From an uncultured Methylomirabilota bacterium (lineage in GTDB: Bacteria; Methylomirabilota; Methylomirabilia; Methylomirabilales; 2-02-FULL-66-22), in NCBI GenBank assembly GCA_963845565.1, contig CAWJSJ010000001.1, forward strand, positions 192,001 to 256,000: a stretch of 64,000 nt of DNA. The letters are read 5' to 3'. The position numbers and the translations under genes were made by a program. Each line of letters opens with the position of its first letter. Within the stretch, counting starts at the first letter, position 1. Positions 10,506-20,261 of the stretch are shown piece after piece. Below the pieces are notes generated by a model. It was not told the origin of the DNA, ran no database searches, and saw nothing but the letters and a program-made list of their open reading frames with translations.

Positions 10506-11345
10506 CTACGGGCGGGCGCCGTTCGGTTGGTGTGGCGTGCGGAGCGCAGTGGGCCCAGCCCGCCACCAATCCCAGGCGATCAGGCCGAGCGGCACTGCGA
10601 CCAGCAGGATCAGGATGAGGAGGGACGTCGTCCGGTGGGTGAAGACCTCCAGCACCTCTTCCCAGGCATGGGACGCCGGGACGAGGCCTGCCTCCATGAA
10701 CTCGTGCAGTCCGCCGGCCAGGAGTTTGACCACCAGGATCAGGAGGACCAGTCCGGTGACGGCAAAGAAGCGGGTTAGACGCAGTCGCCGGCCCCCCCGG
10801 ACCAGGACGATGCCGAAGAGAGCGGCCAGCGAGAGCCCCAGGCAGGCCCCGATGCCGGTCCAGAGTGGCCGGCCGCTCTCTGTCCCGGCCAGGGCGGTGA
10901 GGAACAGGATCGTCTCGACGCCCTCGCGCAGGACCATGACGAAGGCCAGCGCAAACACGCCCAGGGCGGCCCGGGCGGACATCCCGCCCGGGGCCGCATC
11001 GGCGACGAGCGATTCCAGGCGTTGCTCCAGACGCGCCTTCAGCGTGCGGCCCGCCCGCCACATCCAGAAGACCAGGGATCCCACGAGCGCGGCGGCGAGG
11101 AACATCAGCGCCCCCTCGACGGCGGGGCCGTCCGCCACGATGCCGAGGCGGCGGACCAGGAGGGCGGCGGCCAGACTGGTAAGGGTCGCCGCGCCAAGCC
11201 CGAGGAAGACGTGGCGGCAGTAAGCGCTCCGACCCGTTCGCCGCAGGTAGGTCACCAGGATGCCGACGACCAGGGAGACCTCGATCCCCTCGCGGAGGAC
11301 CACCACGAAGCTCTCCAGGACACTGTGCAGGACAAGCATGACCAT
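10506..11345 (-). CDS. FTR1/EfeU-family iron permease
   Basis: Two REGxE motifs (LREGIE, LREGVE) and multiple TM segments. Confidence 0.9.
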   Translation of the reverse strand: MVMLVLHSVLESFVVVLREGIEVSLVVGILVTYLRRTGRSAYCRHVFLGLGAATLTSLAAALLVRRLGIVADGPAVEGALMFLAAALVGSLVFWMWRAGRTLKARLEQRLESLVADAAPGGMSARAALGVFALAFVMVLREGVETILFLTALAGTESGRPLWTGIGACLGLSLAALFGIVLVRGGRRLRLTRFFAVTGLVLLILVVKLLAGGLHEFMEAGLVPASHAWEEVLEVFTHRTTSLLILILLVAVPLGLIAWDWWRAGPTALRTPHQPNGARP

Positions 11346-11404
11346 TTTCCTCCGCGTCTATGTGAACCCTCGCCCCGGTTCGGAACGCGTCGGTCGTGTT
11401 CCTG

Positions 11405-13426
11405 TCAGAGCAAGGAGAGAATGCCCCGCGCCGCTCCTCCCACGAGGAGCGCCAGGACGACGGTGAACGATGAGATCAGGAGGGCGCGCCGCCAGCCGAG
11501 TTCCCGCGCCAGGATCGAGATGGTGGCGACGCATGGGACGTAGAGGGTATTGACGAGCGCATACACGACGATCTGGTGCGGTTGCATGAAGCTCAAGAGA
11601 TTGCTGGCCTGCGGCCCGTACTGTGCGATGGCGAGGGTCACCAGGAGCTGCAGCGCCAATTCCTTTCGGAGCACGGCCACGATCAGGGTCAGCCCGGCGA
11701 CGGCGGGAAGCCCGAGCCAGCCCTCCATGATGGGCCGAAGGGGCCGCGCCAGGGCCCACAGCAGGCCGGTTTCGTAGAGGCCGCCCAGGACGATGCTCCC
11801 GCCCACCACGATGGGCGTGGCGACCACGACGAATTCGCGGAAGTGGCCCCAGGTGCGCTTCATCATGGGCCAGAGCGTCGGCCGGCGGAAGGGGAACATC
11901 TCCATGACCAGGCCGGTGCCGCTCCCCGGCAGGAATCGGTCGAGGCCGATACCCGTACCCAGCGCCACCAGCGCGGTGACCCCGTACACCGCCAGGGCCC
12001 ACTGCCAGCCCGCCGTGATGGAGACGGCTCCCAGGATCACCGCCGTGCGTGCGCTGCAGGGCGTGAGCACGATCAGGGTGCTGGCGATGATCCGCTCCCG
12101 CATGGTCCCCAGGACGCGGGTGCCGAGGATGGCCGGAACGTTGCACCCGGCGCCCGCCACCAGGGGAATGACGGCGCGACCGTGCAAGCCCATCTTGTGC
12201 ATGACGCGGTCTGTGAGAAACGCCACCGCATTCATGTACCCGGTGTCCTCCAGGAGGGCGAGCAGGAAGTAGAAGGTGAGGACGTAGGGGATTCCGATCG
12301 CCAGCGCGGCGTTGATCCCGGCGTCGAACCCCCAGAGGAGCGTCCGGGACAAGGCGTTGTCCCCCAGGAGCGCGACGAACGGCCAGCGGATGGCCGGCGA
12401 GGCATAGGCGGTCCAGAGTGCGCCGAACCCGACGGACAGCCAGTCGCCCACCACGAACAGGAAGGTGAATATCCCGGCGAGCACTAGGGCCAGGACCAGC
12501 AGGCCGGTGCCGGGCGCTGTGGTGAACTGCCACAGCCGATCGGCGAGCAGGGCCCGTTGGCGCCGGCGATGCTCGACCTCCGACGCGATCAGGCCTGCCA
12601 GGCCATGGCGCTCCCGCATGAGGAGGAGCCCCGGCTCCTCTCCCCGCAGGTCCCGGAGGGTTCCCGTCAGCTCCTCGTGGAGGCGCCGCAGGTCGTCCGC
12701 ATCCGGCGCGTCCGCGAGCCAGGCGGCGAACTCGGGGTCGCCTTCCAGGAGGAGGACCGCCACCGCGCGCGGCGGCAAGCCGTGGGGGCGATCGTTCCGG
12801 GTGGTCAGGGCGCGCTCCATCTTGCCGATGGCGGCCTCCACATCCTCGCTGTAGCGGAGCCGCACGCGGAGGGGCGTGGGGCGCGAGGCCCGCCGGACCA
12901 CCTCGGCCATGAGGGTATCCAGGCCGGTCCCGCGGGTGGCGACGGTGGGGATCACGGGGCTTCCCAGGATCTCGGTCAACCGCTCCGCGTCGATCCGGAT
13001 GCCGCGGGCCTCGGCCTGGTCCACGACGTTCAGGGCCACCACCAGCGGGATGCCGAGGTCCAGAACCTGGAGCCCCAGGTACAGGTTGCGGGCCAGGTTG
13101 GTGGCATCCAGCACCAGGATGACCGCGTCGGGTGCGCCGTCCAGCAGGGCCTGGCGGGCCACCCATTGATCGTCCGAGACGCCGCCCAGTGCGTAGGTGC
13201 CCGGGAGGTCAATCACGCCGATGCGCTGGTCCCCCAGGCGGGTGATGGCGAGCTGGACCTCGACCGTCTTGCCGGGATAGTTGGCCGTGGCCACACCCAT
13301 TCCCGTCAAGCGATTGAAGATGCTGGATTTCCCGACGTTCGGGTTCCCGGCGAGGGCGACGGTCAGCGTGACGCCCGTCCGCAATTCCTGCAAGGCCCCG
13401 TGACAACTCAAGGCCACGATCGTCAC
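11405..13426 (-). CDS. feoB: Ferrous iron transporter FeoB
   Basis: GNPNVGKS, NYPGKTV, DLPGTY, LEDTGYM, GCNVPAI, YVPCVAT. Confidence 0.95.
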   Translation of the reverse strand: MTIVALSCHGALQELRTGVTLTVALAGNPNVGKSSIFNRLTGMGVATANYPGKTVEVQLAITRLGDQRIGVIDLPGTYALGGVSDDQWVARQALLDGAPDAVILVLDATNLARNLYLGLQVLDLGIPLVVALNVVDQAEARGIRIDAERLTEILGSPVIPTVATRGTGLDTLMAEVVRRASRPTPLRVRLRYSEDVEAAIGKMERALTTRNDRPHGLPPRAVAVLLLEGDPEFAAWLADAPDADDLRRLHEELTGTLRDLRGEEPGLLLMRERHGLAGLIASEVEHRRRQRALLADRLWQFTTAPGTGLLVLALVLAGIFTFLFVVGDWLSVGFGALWTAYASPAIRWPFVALLGDNALSRTLLWGFDAGINAALAIGIPYVLTFYFLLALLEDTGYMNAVAFLTDRVMHKMGLHGRAVIPLVAGAGCNVPAILGTRVLGTMRERIIASTLIVLTPCSARTAVILGAVSITAGWQWALAVYGVTALVALGTGIGLDRFLPGSGTGLVMEMFPFRRPTLWPMMKRTWGHFREFVVVATPIVVGGSIVLGGLYETGLLWALARPLRPIMEGWLGLPAVAGLTLIVAVLRKELALQLLVTLAIAQYGPQASNLLSFMQPHQIVVYALVNTLYVPCVATISILARELGWRRALLISSFTVVLALLVGGAARGILSLL

Positions 13427-13548
13427 CCTTCTCTTGACGTAAGAGCCGTTACGAGAAGCGTGTCTATCCGGGAATGTCTCCGGTCACGCTATGCTTTGAC
13501 AACGATGTACCCCGCGCGGGCCAGGGGCGCATCACAGGGTGTCGGGCG

Positions 13549-14265
13549 TCACCGACCGCGCCGGCGGTTGCGGTGCCGGCGGGGCTCCGGGTCCGTGCCG
13601 CCGCGGACCAGGATCTTGGCGGCCACGTCGCGCCCGATGGCGTAGCGCGCGCCGCCCACCCGCACCAGCAGCGGCCCCCCGAAGGGCGCGACTTCCTCCA
13701 CCGACAGCTCCGCCCCTGGCAGGAGGCCCAGGCTCGCCAGATAGCGGAGCAGGGCCGCCTCCTCCTCGGTGATCTGCTCGATCCGCACCTGTGTACCGGC
13801 GGGAACGGTGTCCAGGGTTCGAGTGTACGCGGCGGCGATCCCGTCGCTCCCCGGAATCGGGCCGCCGTGTGGGCACGTCTCGGGATCGTTCAGAAGCGAC
13901 GTCAGCCGGGCCTCCGCCTCGGGGGTCAGCGCATGCTCCAGCCGCATGGCCTCGTCGTGGACGCGATCCCAGGGGAGACCCAGAACATCGGTGAGCAACC
14001 GCTCCGACAGCCGGTGCCGGCGGAGGATGGCGGCTGCCTGTCGCCGCCCCTCGTCGGACAGGGCCAGGCAATCGGATTTCGCCTCTAGCAGACCGCGGAC
14101 TCGGAGCTCCCGCAGGGCGGCCTCGGCGATGGGGGCGGGGACCCGGGCGAACGCCGTGACGTCCTGCGTGGTGGCGGCGCGGCCCTGGTCCACACTGCGC
14201 TGGAGGGCTTGCAGGCAGTCCTCCAGGATCTCATCGGTTACCGTCGGGCTCTGGTCGTCGGTCAT
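13549..14265 (-). CDS. DtxR/MntR regulator with C-terminal FeoA (SH3-like) domain
   Basis: RRHRLSERLL...EAMRLEH...CPHGGPIP...LGLLPGAELSVEEVAPFGGP. Confidence 0.9.
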   Translation of the reverse strand: MTDDQSPTVTDEILEDCLQALQRSVDQGRAATTQDVTAFARVPAPIAEAALRELRVRGLLEAKSDCLALSDEGRRQAAAILRRHRLSERLLTDVLGLPWDRVHDEAMRLEHALTPEAEARLTSLLNDPETCPHGGPIPGSDGIAAAYTRTLDTVPAGTQVRIEQITEEEAALLRYLASLGLLPGAELSVEEVAPFGGPLLVRVGGARYAIGRDVAAKILVRGGTDPEPRRHRNRRRGR

Positions 14266-14768
14266 GACGCGCTCCTCGGTCGTGCGTGGCCGGGGACGGC
14301 CCGGGACCCGCCGGTCGTCCGGCGTCCCTCCAGCCGGGCACAGTCGCGGCAGACGCCGTAGAGCTCGAGCCGCTGCTCGGTGACCGAAAAACCCTGGCTG
14401 TGCGCGACCTTGGCACCGAGCGCCCGCAGGGTGGCGTCCTGAAATTCTTGGATCTTCCCGCACCGGGTGCAGATCAGGTGATGGTGCGTCCAGTCGGCCG
14501 GGTTGGGATCGAACCGGGCATAGGTGTCCCCGAACTTCCGCTCGGTGGCCAGACCGGCCTGGCGGAGCAGCTTCAGCGTGCGGTACACCGTGACCAGTCC
14601 GATGGAGGGGTCCTGGGCCCGGATCTGATGGTACAGTTCCTCCGCGCTGATGTGGCGGCCGGCGGCGAAGAACGCGCGCACGATCTGCTCCCGCTGGCGG
14701 GTGCTCTTGAGACCGGCGCGTGTCAGGAAGTCGCTGAAGCTGCGGGTGCCGGAGTCGGAATCGGGCAT
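14262..14768 (-). CDS. fur: Fur-family regulator
   Basis: STRQREQI...HISAEELY...TVYRTLKLL...HHHLICTRCG...YGVCRDC; first gene of the iron operon. Confidence 0.88.
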   Translation of the reverse strand: MPDSDSGTRSFSDFLTRAGLKSTRQREQIVRAFFAAGRHISAEELYHQIRAQDPSIGLVTVYRTLKLLRQAGLATERKFGDTYARFDPNPADWTHHHLICTRCGKIQEFQDATLRALGAKVAHSQGFSVTEQRLELYGVCRDCARLEGRRTTGGSRAVPGHARPRSAS

Positions 14769-14781
14769 GGGAGCTCCTAAA

Positions 14782-14809
14782 TGAAAATGAATGTCAAAAT
14801 CTATTGACA
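14782..14809. promoter_or_regulatory. Putative Fur/DtxR operator region
   Basis: AT-rich TGAAAATGAATGTCA (imperfect 7-1-7 Fur-box-like) overlapping TGTCAA-N6-TTGACA, just upstream of the fur start. Confidence 0.55.
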
Positions 14810-15089
14810 AAATACCGAACGCCTTCGTGGCTGTCAAGTCCAAAACGGAGGATTGTGCGGAAGCAGTACAGACCGTCGCGCAACGTCGTCGGCCTTCCGA
14901 TGCGCGGGGGTCTACCAGACTCGTCGGTGAGCGATGACCGGTGCACCCTGAGGTTATCAGGGTGCGGGGCCAACGCGCGCGGAATGCAGGGGAATGCGGG
15001 CAACACCCTTCGCAACGGGTGTCCAGGTTCCCGACCCACGTATCGAGGCGCCTTGGCAGCGGCGGTTGGACTAGGACATGCTTCCTGGT

Positions 15090-15382
15090 CTACGGTCGGA
15101 TCGCCGGCAAGCATGCGGCGGCCGAGAAGTCGTCGACAGAAGACGGGGATTGAGTGCGCCGGATGCCACAAGGAGAGTGCGCCGAAGGCGGCGGTCCCCT
15201 CGGCTGCCTGCGGGGGGTGCCACGGGGATGCCGCCGGTCTCGCGGCCAAGACCGCGAAGGCCAATCCCAACCCCCGCGCCTCGCACCAGGGCGAGCTCCC
15301 CTGCGAGACCTGCCATCGCGCCCACGCACGGTCGGTGGACTACTGCGCGCAGTGCCACGACTTCGGCCTCAAGGTGCCCTGA
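15090..15382 (+). pseudogene. Small tetraheme cytochrome c fragment
   Basis: Four CxxCH motifs (CAGCH, CGGCH, CETCH, CAQCH). No recognisable start or signal peptide; NPRASH where NPHxSH is usual. Confidence 0.7.
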
Positions 15383-15499
15383 GCGGATCCTCACTCCCCC
15401 ATGCCGAATGATTCAGCCCTGGCCTTCCCTCGGCCAGGGCTGAATCGTTGCCACCGCCTATGGAGCCTGCGGCCTTCCGACGGCGCCAGTCCGCGCGCG

Positions 15500-15916
15500 C
15501 TACTTACTGGCCACCAGGAGCTGGGCACACGCCTCGGCCACCTTGCTGTCAGATTTCTCTTCCCCAGGCATGGTCGCCCATCCCTGTTTCTCGACGTAAC
15601 CATCTCGCTGCCACGAATCGGTCCCTTGCAGGGCAACCAGCTTCTGGACTTTTCCAGGATCCCGCTGGAACTGGACGACACAAATCGGGGCCAAGCGCTT
15701 GGTGACGGCATCGTCCGCCCTCGTATCGGCCATCTTCTGAGCGGTCCCGCCCGTGACCCAGCCGCCCCAGGCGAATCCGACAATCATCGTGAGCACGACC
15801 GAGGCTATGCACGCCCAGAAGGTCATGGTCTTCGTCGGTTGGGTCTCCCGCCACCGTTGTCCCATGCTGAGCGTCTTCTGCTGTTCCATTCTCTTGTCTC
15901 CCTTGTCCTGATCCAT
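15500..15916 (-). CDS. Hypothetical membrane-anchored protein
   Basis: GAGGAGG RBS; TM segment IVGFAWGGWVT; LAPICV; preceded by a sigma54 cassette. Confidence 0.75.
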   Translation of the reverse strand: MDQDKGDKRMEQQKTLSMGQRWRETQPTKTMTFWACIASVVLTMIVGFAWGGWVTGGTAQKMADTRADDAVTKRLAPICVVQFQRDPGKVQKLVALQGTDSWQRDGYVEKQGWATMPGEEKSDSKVAEACAQLLVASK

Positions 15917-16007
15917 GGTGTCCTCCTCGGTGAGTGACGCGTTTCCATCCAGGCTGGCATCGGACTACTGAGGCCTCTTCGAGCACACCTTCCTTGTAAG
16001 GGGAACA

Positions 16008-16168
16008 TGCAAGGCCGAATCCACTCGGCCCTTCCATGGCCCCAAAAGGTCGCCGTCGCTTTGAATCGAGTAGTTGGGGGGTAAGCAGCCCTGGAGCCTC
16101 GGGAGGAGTGGCGGGGGAATCGCACGATATATCGGAGAATCTCAGGGAGAATCTCCGAAGGATCGGAT
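16008..16168 (-). promoter_or_regulatory. sigma54 enhancer-IHF-promoter cassette 1
   Basis: Minus strand: ATCCGATCCTTCGGAG-N16-TCCGATATATCGTG; CAACTACTCGATT; TGGATTCGGCCTTGCA (16023-16008). Confidence 0.85.
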
Positions 16169-16456
16169 GGGGAGGGAGGATGAGCCGTCCCAGACCCACG
16201 CCCCCGGCGCTCGCCGCCGTGCGCGTTGGCGGGCGGGACGGAGCCGCTCTGGACGCCGTCGGAAGCCGCAAATTCATCCACGAACTTCGGGGACGGACAG
16301 GCGGCTAGCGTTCTGAGTTAGAGATTCGCTGACATGATCCAAAGCCCACAGGGTGCGCCAGAGACGCCGCGCCAGACCCGCCCTTCGGACGGGTACCCCC
16401 CAGCCGGCACCGCTGCGCTGCTCGGCCTCTCGCGTCCCCGCTGAGGGGTCCCGCGC

Positions 16457-16605
16457 CTCCGACCAATCGGAGATTCTCCGATATCCCGTACCTTTCCATC
16501 TCGCTCCTCCCTCGAGATTTCCAGACCGCGTCCCCGTAACCGACGGTATTAACAACGTCAAGAGGTCGTCGGGCTGTGCGCGGAGGAGATGGTTCTGGCT
16601 TTGCA
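16457..16605 (+). promoter_or_regulatory. sigma54 cassette 2
   Basis: CTCCGACCAATCGGAG-attc-TCCGATATCCCGTA; TAACCGACGGTAT (16537); TGGTTCTGGCTTTGCA (16590). Confidence 0.85.
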
Positions 16606-16817
16606 TGCCGTTTGTTTACCAGTGGGGCGGGGCCTTCCTGGCCATCTTTGCGTGACGCGTGTAATGGCATACGCACTCCCAGCCCCATCGCGTGAGTCGG
16701 GCGAAATAGTGTCTCGGCCGCGGCCCGCGCCACCGACACCACGCACCGGGTCCCAGGGGCGTGCCGCAGGACAGGCGGCGGTGTGCGCAAGACGGCGAGA
16801 AGCGAGGTACGGGGCAG

Positions 16818-18389
16818 ATGAGTGGTAGCCGACCAGCAGGCGTTCCTTCCGACGCGGCCCTTTCGCGGCCACGCGATGGAGAACCGTCAACCTGCAGGGT
16901 GACGCACTCGATCCTCACGGACCAGGACCCCGGGTTCGTGCCGCTGCTGGATCATCTTACGCGCTATCGCGGGATCGACTTCAGCGGCTATAAGCAGCCC
17001 AGCCTGATCCGCCGCCTGGCGAGCCGCATGCGCGTCGCTGGGGTCGGGGATTGTGTGGATTATCTCGCCTACCTCGACGAGCACCCGCTGGAGTACACCA
17101 CCCTCTTTGACAGCATCTTGATCAATGTCACGGGTTTTTTTCGGGACGAAGTGGCCTGGGGGTATATCCGCGAAACACTCCTCCCGAAGCTTCTCGCCAT
17201 CAAGTCGGCTGACGAGCCTGTCCGGGTGTGGAGCGCCGGCTGCGCCTCGGGCGAGGAGGTCTACACGCTGGCGATGCTCTTCGCGGAAGCCGTGGGGATG
17301 GAGGCGTTCTGCCATCGGGTCAAGATCTACGCCACCGATGTGGACGAGGAGGCCCTCTCACAAGCTCGTCAGGGGGCCTACAACGACGAGGACCTGGAAT
17401 CCATTCCGGCAACGTTACGAACGCGGTACTTCGAAACGGCCGGTTCCCGGCACGTCTTCCGGCCTGACCTGCGGCGGGCCATCGTCTTCGGACGCCAGGA
17501 CGTGTTGCGGGACGCCCCGATCTCTCGCGTGGACCTCCTCGTCTGTCGGAATACGCTGATGTACTTCGACTCCGAGGCGCAAGGGAGAATTCTGGCTCGT
17601 TTTCGCATGGCTCTCGTGGAGGCCGGCTATCTCTTCCTCGGGAAGGCGGAGCTCATCCCCGCGTACACCCACGTCTTCCACCCGGTGAATCTCAAGCACC
17701 ACATCTTCCAGAGGGTTGCCACGCTTGCAGAGACCGGAGTCCGGCCGGGCGCGGGTCTCACCAGTGCCGACGCCTCTGTGCGTCACGGACTCCCGGAAGC
17801 GCGTCGCGGCACTGTGGAGGAGCGAGCGCCAAGCGCAAAGTGGCTGCGCGCTGCCCCTACGGACCTGGAAACGCTCAACGCTGCCTTGCAGGTCACGAAC
17901 GAGGAGCTCGAAACGAGCAATGCGGAATTCGAGTCCACGAACGAGGAGCTGGGGAGCATGAATGAAGAGCTCCACTCCACCAATGAGGAGCTGGAGACTC
18001 TCAACACCGAATTGCACCGGCGGACCAACGAATTGGGTACGACGAATGCGATCCTGCAATCCATTTTGACTGGTGTGCGGGTCGGGGTGGCCGTGGTGGA
18101 CCACGACCTGACCATTCTCCTGTGGAACCACGGGGCCGAAGACCTGTGGGGTTTCAATGCCGACGAGGTGCGGGGGCGGTCCCTCTTGAGCGTCGACCTT
18201 GGCCTGCAGGCGGTGCAACAACAGATCGCCAGTCTTCTGGCGGGAGCCGCGCATCACGAGGAAATAGCGGTCGACGCGATGAATTGCCGTGGCAGGGCCG
18301 TCCGGTGTCGCATCACCTGTACCCCGTTCCTGGGACCGAGGGGGGATCGGGCTGGAGTCGTCCTGGTGATGGAGGGAAAAGCGAAATGA
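16818..18389 (+). CDS. CheR-type methyltransferase with coiled coil and C-terminal PAS domain
   Basis: DFSGYK, INVTGFFRD, RVWSAGCASGEEVYT, YATDVD, VCRNTLMYF, NEELxS/T repeats, LWNHGAEDLWG. Start codon approximate. Confidence 0.92.
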   Translation: MSGSRPAGVPSDAALSRPRDGEPSTCRVTHSILTDQDPGFVPLLDHLTRYRGIDFSGYKQPSLIRRLASRMRVAGVGDCVDYLAYLDEHPLEYTTLFDSILINVTGFFRDEVAWGYIRETLLPKLLAIKSADEPVRVWSAGCASGEEVYTLAMLFAEAVGMEAFCHRVKIYATDVDEEALSQARQGAYNDEDLESIPATLRTRYFETAGSRHVFRPDLRRAIVFGRQDVLRDAPISRVDLLVCRNTLMYFDSEAQGRILARFRMALVEAGYLFLGKAELIPAYTHVFHPVNLKHHIFQRVATLAETGVRPGAGLTSADASVRHGLPEARRGTVEERAPSAKWLRAAPTDLETLNAALQVTNEELETSNAEFESTNEELGSMNEELHSTNEELETLNTELHRRTNELGTTNAILQSILTGVRVGVAVVDHDLTILLWNHGAEDLWGFNADEVRGRSLLSVDLGLQAVQQQIASLLAGAAHHEEIAVDAMNCRGRAVRCRITCTPFLGPRGDRAGVVLVMEGKAK

Positions 18390-20146
18390 GCAATCCGGTG
18401 TGCGATCGACAGGTGCGGGAGGGCCAACGGCGCCTTGATGAGCTCACCCACAGGGTTGGGCGGATCGCGGAACAGCAACCGCTGGTGGGCGAAACCATGA
18501 GGGAACTGTCGACGGCGCTCCAGGAACTGCGTGTGGCGGCCGACGAGCTCCAGCAGCAGAACGAGGAGCTGGCCGAGACCCGCGAACTCGTGGAGGAGGA
18601 GCGCCGGCGCTACCAGGAGCTGTTCGACGACGCCCCCGACGGTTATCTCGTGACCGACGCAAAAGGCACGATCCAGCAGGCGAACGAGGTCGCGGCAAGC
18701 CTGTTGGGCGTGCGCCGGGATTTGTTGCCCGGGAAGCCCCTTGTCGTGTTCGTCGCCAGCGAAGCGCACCGGGCTTTCGCGGCCTTTGTGGCGCGACTGC
18801 ACAACGGATATTCGGAACGCGTCGCGGAGTGGCAGACCACGGTTCAGCCACGGAGTGGTCCTCCCTTTCCCGTCACCCTGACCACGGGCCGGGTCCGCGA
18901 CCGCAAGGGGCGACTCGTCGGCCTGCGCTGGCTGCTGCGAGACAGCTCCGAGCGGGTGCGCACCGAAGTGGCCCGTCGCCAGTGGGAGGCGCAACTCCAG
19001 CATACCCAGCGGCTCGAAAGCCTCGGGGTCATGGCCGGGGGCATCGCACACGACTTCAACAACCTGCTCGGGGGCATCCTCCTTTCCACCGAGCTGGCCC
19101 TTCTCCACCTTCCCCAGGACGCGCCGGCCCGCGCCGACGTTGAGCAAGTGGTGACGACCGCGCATCGGGCTGCGGACCTCACAGGCCAGATGCTGGCCTA
19201 CTCGGGCAGGGGCACCTTCCGCGTCCAACCGATCCTGCTGCCCGCCCTCATCCGGGAAATGGAGCCGTTGCTTCGCGCCTCGCTGCCGAAAACCTGCACT
19301 CTCGATCTTCATCTGGGGGAGGCGGTCCCCGCGATCGAGGCGGATGCCACCCAACTGCGCCAGGTCGTCATGAACCTGGTCATCAACGCCGGCGAAGCCA
19401 TCGGCGACGCGGCCGGGGTCGTCACGGTGCGCGTCGGTGTACGCGAAGTCGACCGTGCGTACCTGGCGAAGGGCGTGCTCGGCAACGAGATACCCGAGGG
19501 ACCGTCCGTCTCCTTGGAAATAACAGACACCGGGTGCGGCATGCCCGAGGAGACGAAAGAAAAAATGTTCGAACCCTTCTTCACGACGAAGTTCGCCGGA
19601 CGCGGCCTCGGCCTCGCCGCGGTGCTGGGGATCATTCGTGGTCATCATGGCGCGATCCTGGTGATCTCGCAGCCTGGGCACGGAACCCAGATCGAGGCGA
19701 TCTTCCCTCCCACTGCTCGGCCCGCGGTTGCTCCCTCCGCCCCGACACCGGTTCCTCCCGCGTGGAGGGGCGAAGGGACGATCCTGGTGGTGGACGACGA
19801 CGCGCATATCCGTTCTGTTGCTGCGCTCGCCCTGGAGAAGACAGGCTTCACGGTGTTGACCGCGGCCGATGGACGGGAAGCGGTCGCAGTCTTCCGTGAA
19901 CATGCGGAGACCGTCCGCGCGGTCATCCTCGATCTGACGATGCCCCATATGGACGGCGCCGCGACCGCGCGCGCGCTTCGCCAGATCCGGCCAGACGTCC
20001 GAATCGTCCTGTCCAGCGGCTACACCAAGGAGGATGCCACCAGGCAGTTCACCGACCGGGACTTGATCGGCTTCCTCCAGAAGCCCTACGCGCTCAAGGA
20101 TCTGCTTGGCACGATCCGGACGACCCTGGAGTCCCCGGACCGCTAG
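18386..20146 (+). CDS. Hybrid histidine kinase (coiled coil-PAS-HisKA-HATPase-REC)
   Basis: GGIAHDFNNLL, NLVINA, DTGCGM, FEPFFTTK, GRGLGL, receiver VVDDD...DLTMP...QKP; start overlaps the CheR stop. Confidence 0.93.
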   Translation: MSNPVCDRQVREGQRRLDELTHRVGRIAEQQPLVGETMRELSTALQELRVAADELQQQNEELAETRELVEEERRRYQELFDDAPDGYLVTDAKGTIQQANEVAASLLGVRRDLLPGKPLVVFVASEAHRAFAAFVARLHNGYSERVAEWQTTVQPRSGPPFPVTLTTGRVRDRKGRLVGLRWLLRDSSERVRTEVARRQWEAQLQHTQRLESLGVMAGGIAHDFNNLLGGILLSTELALLHLPQDAPARADVEQVVTTAHRAADLTGQMLAYSGRGTFRVQPILLPALIREMEPLLRASLPKTCTLDLHLGEAVPAIEADATQLRQVVMNLVINAGEAIGDAAGVVTVRVGVREVDRAYLAKGVLGNEIPEGPSVSLEITDTGCGMPEETKEKMFEPFFTTKFAGRGLGLAAVLGIIRGHHGAILVISQPGHGTQIEAIFPPTARPAVAPSAPTPVPPAWRGEGTILVVDDDAHIRSVAALALEKTGFTVLTAADGREAVAVFREHAETVRAVILDLTMPHMDGAATARALRQIRPDVRIVLSSGYTKEDATRQFTDRDLIGFLQKPYALKDLLGTIRTTLESPDR

Positions 20147-20261
20147 GGTGCCCGAACCCGGCGATGCCGGACGCGACGATCAACACAGCAAGGGGACCCC
20201 GGCCACCGCGTCGCCAGTCGCGAGGAACGTTCGCGTCCGGGGAACGTGCATCGGTATCCCC

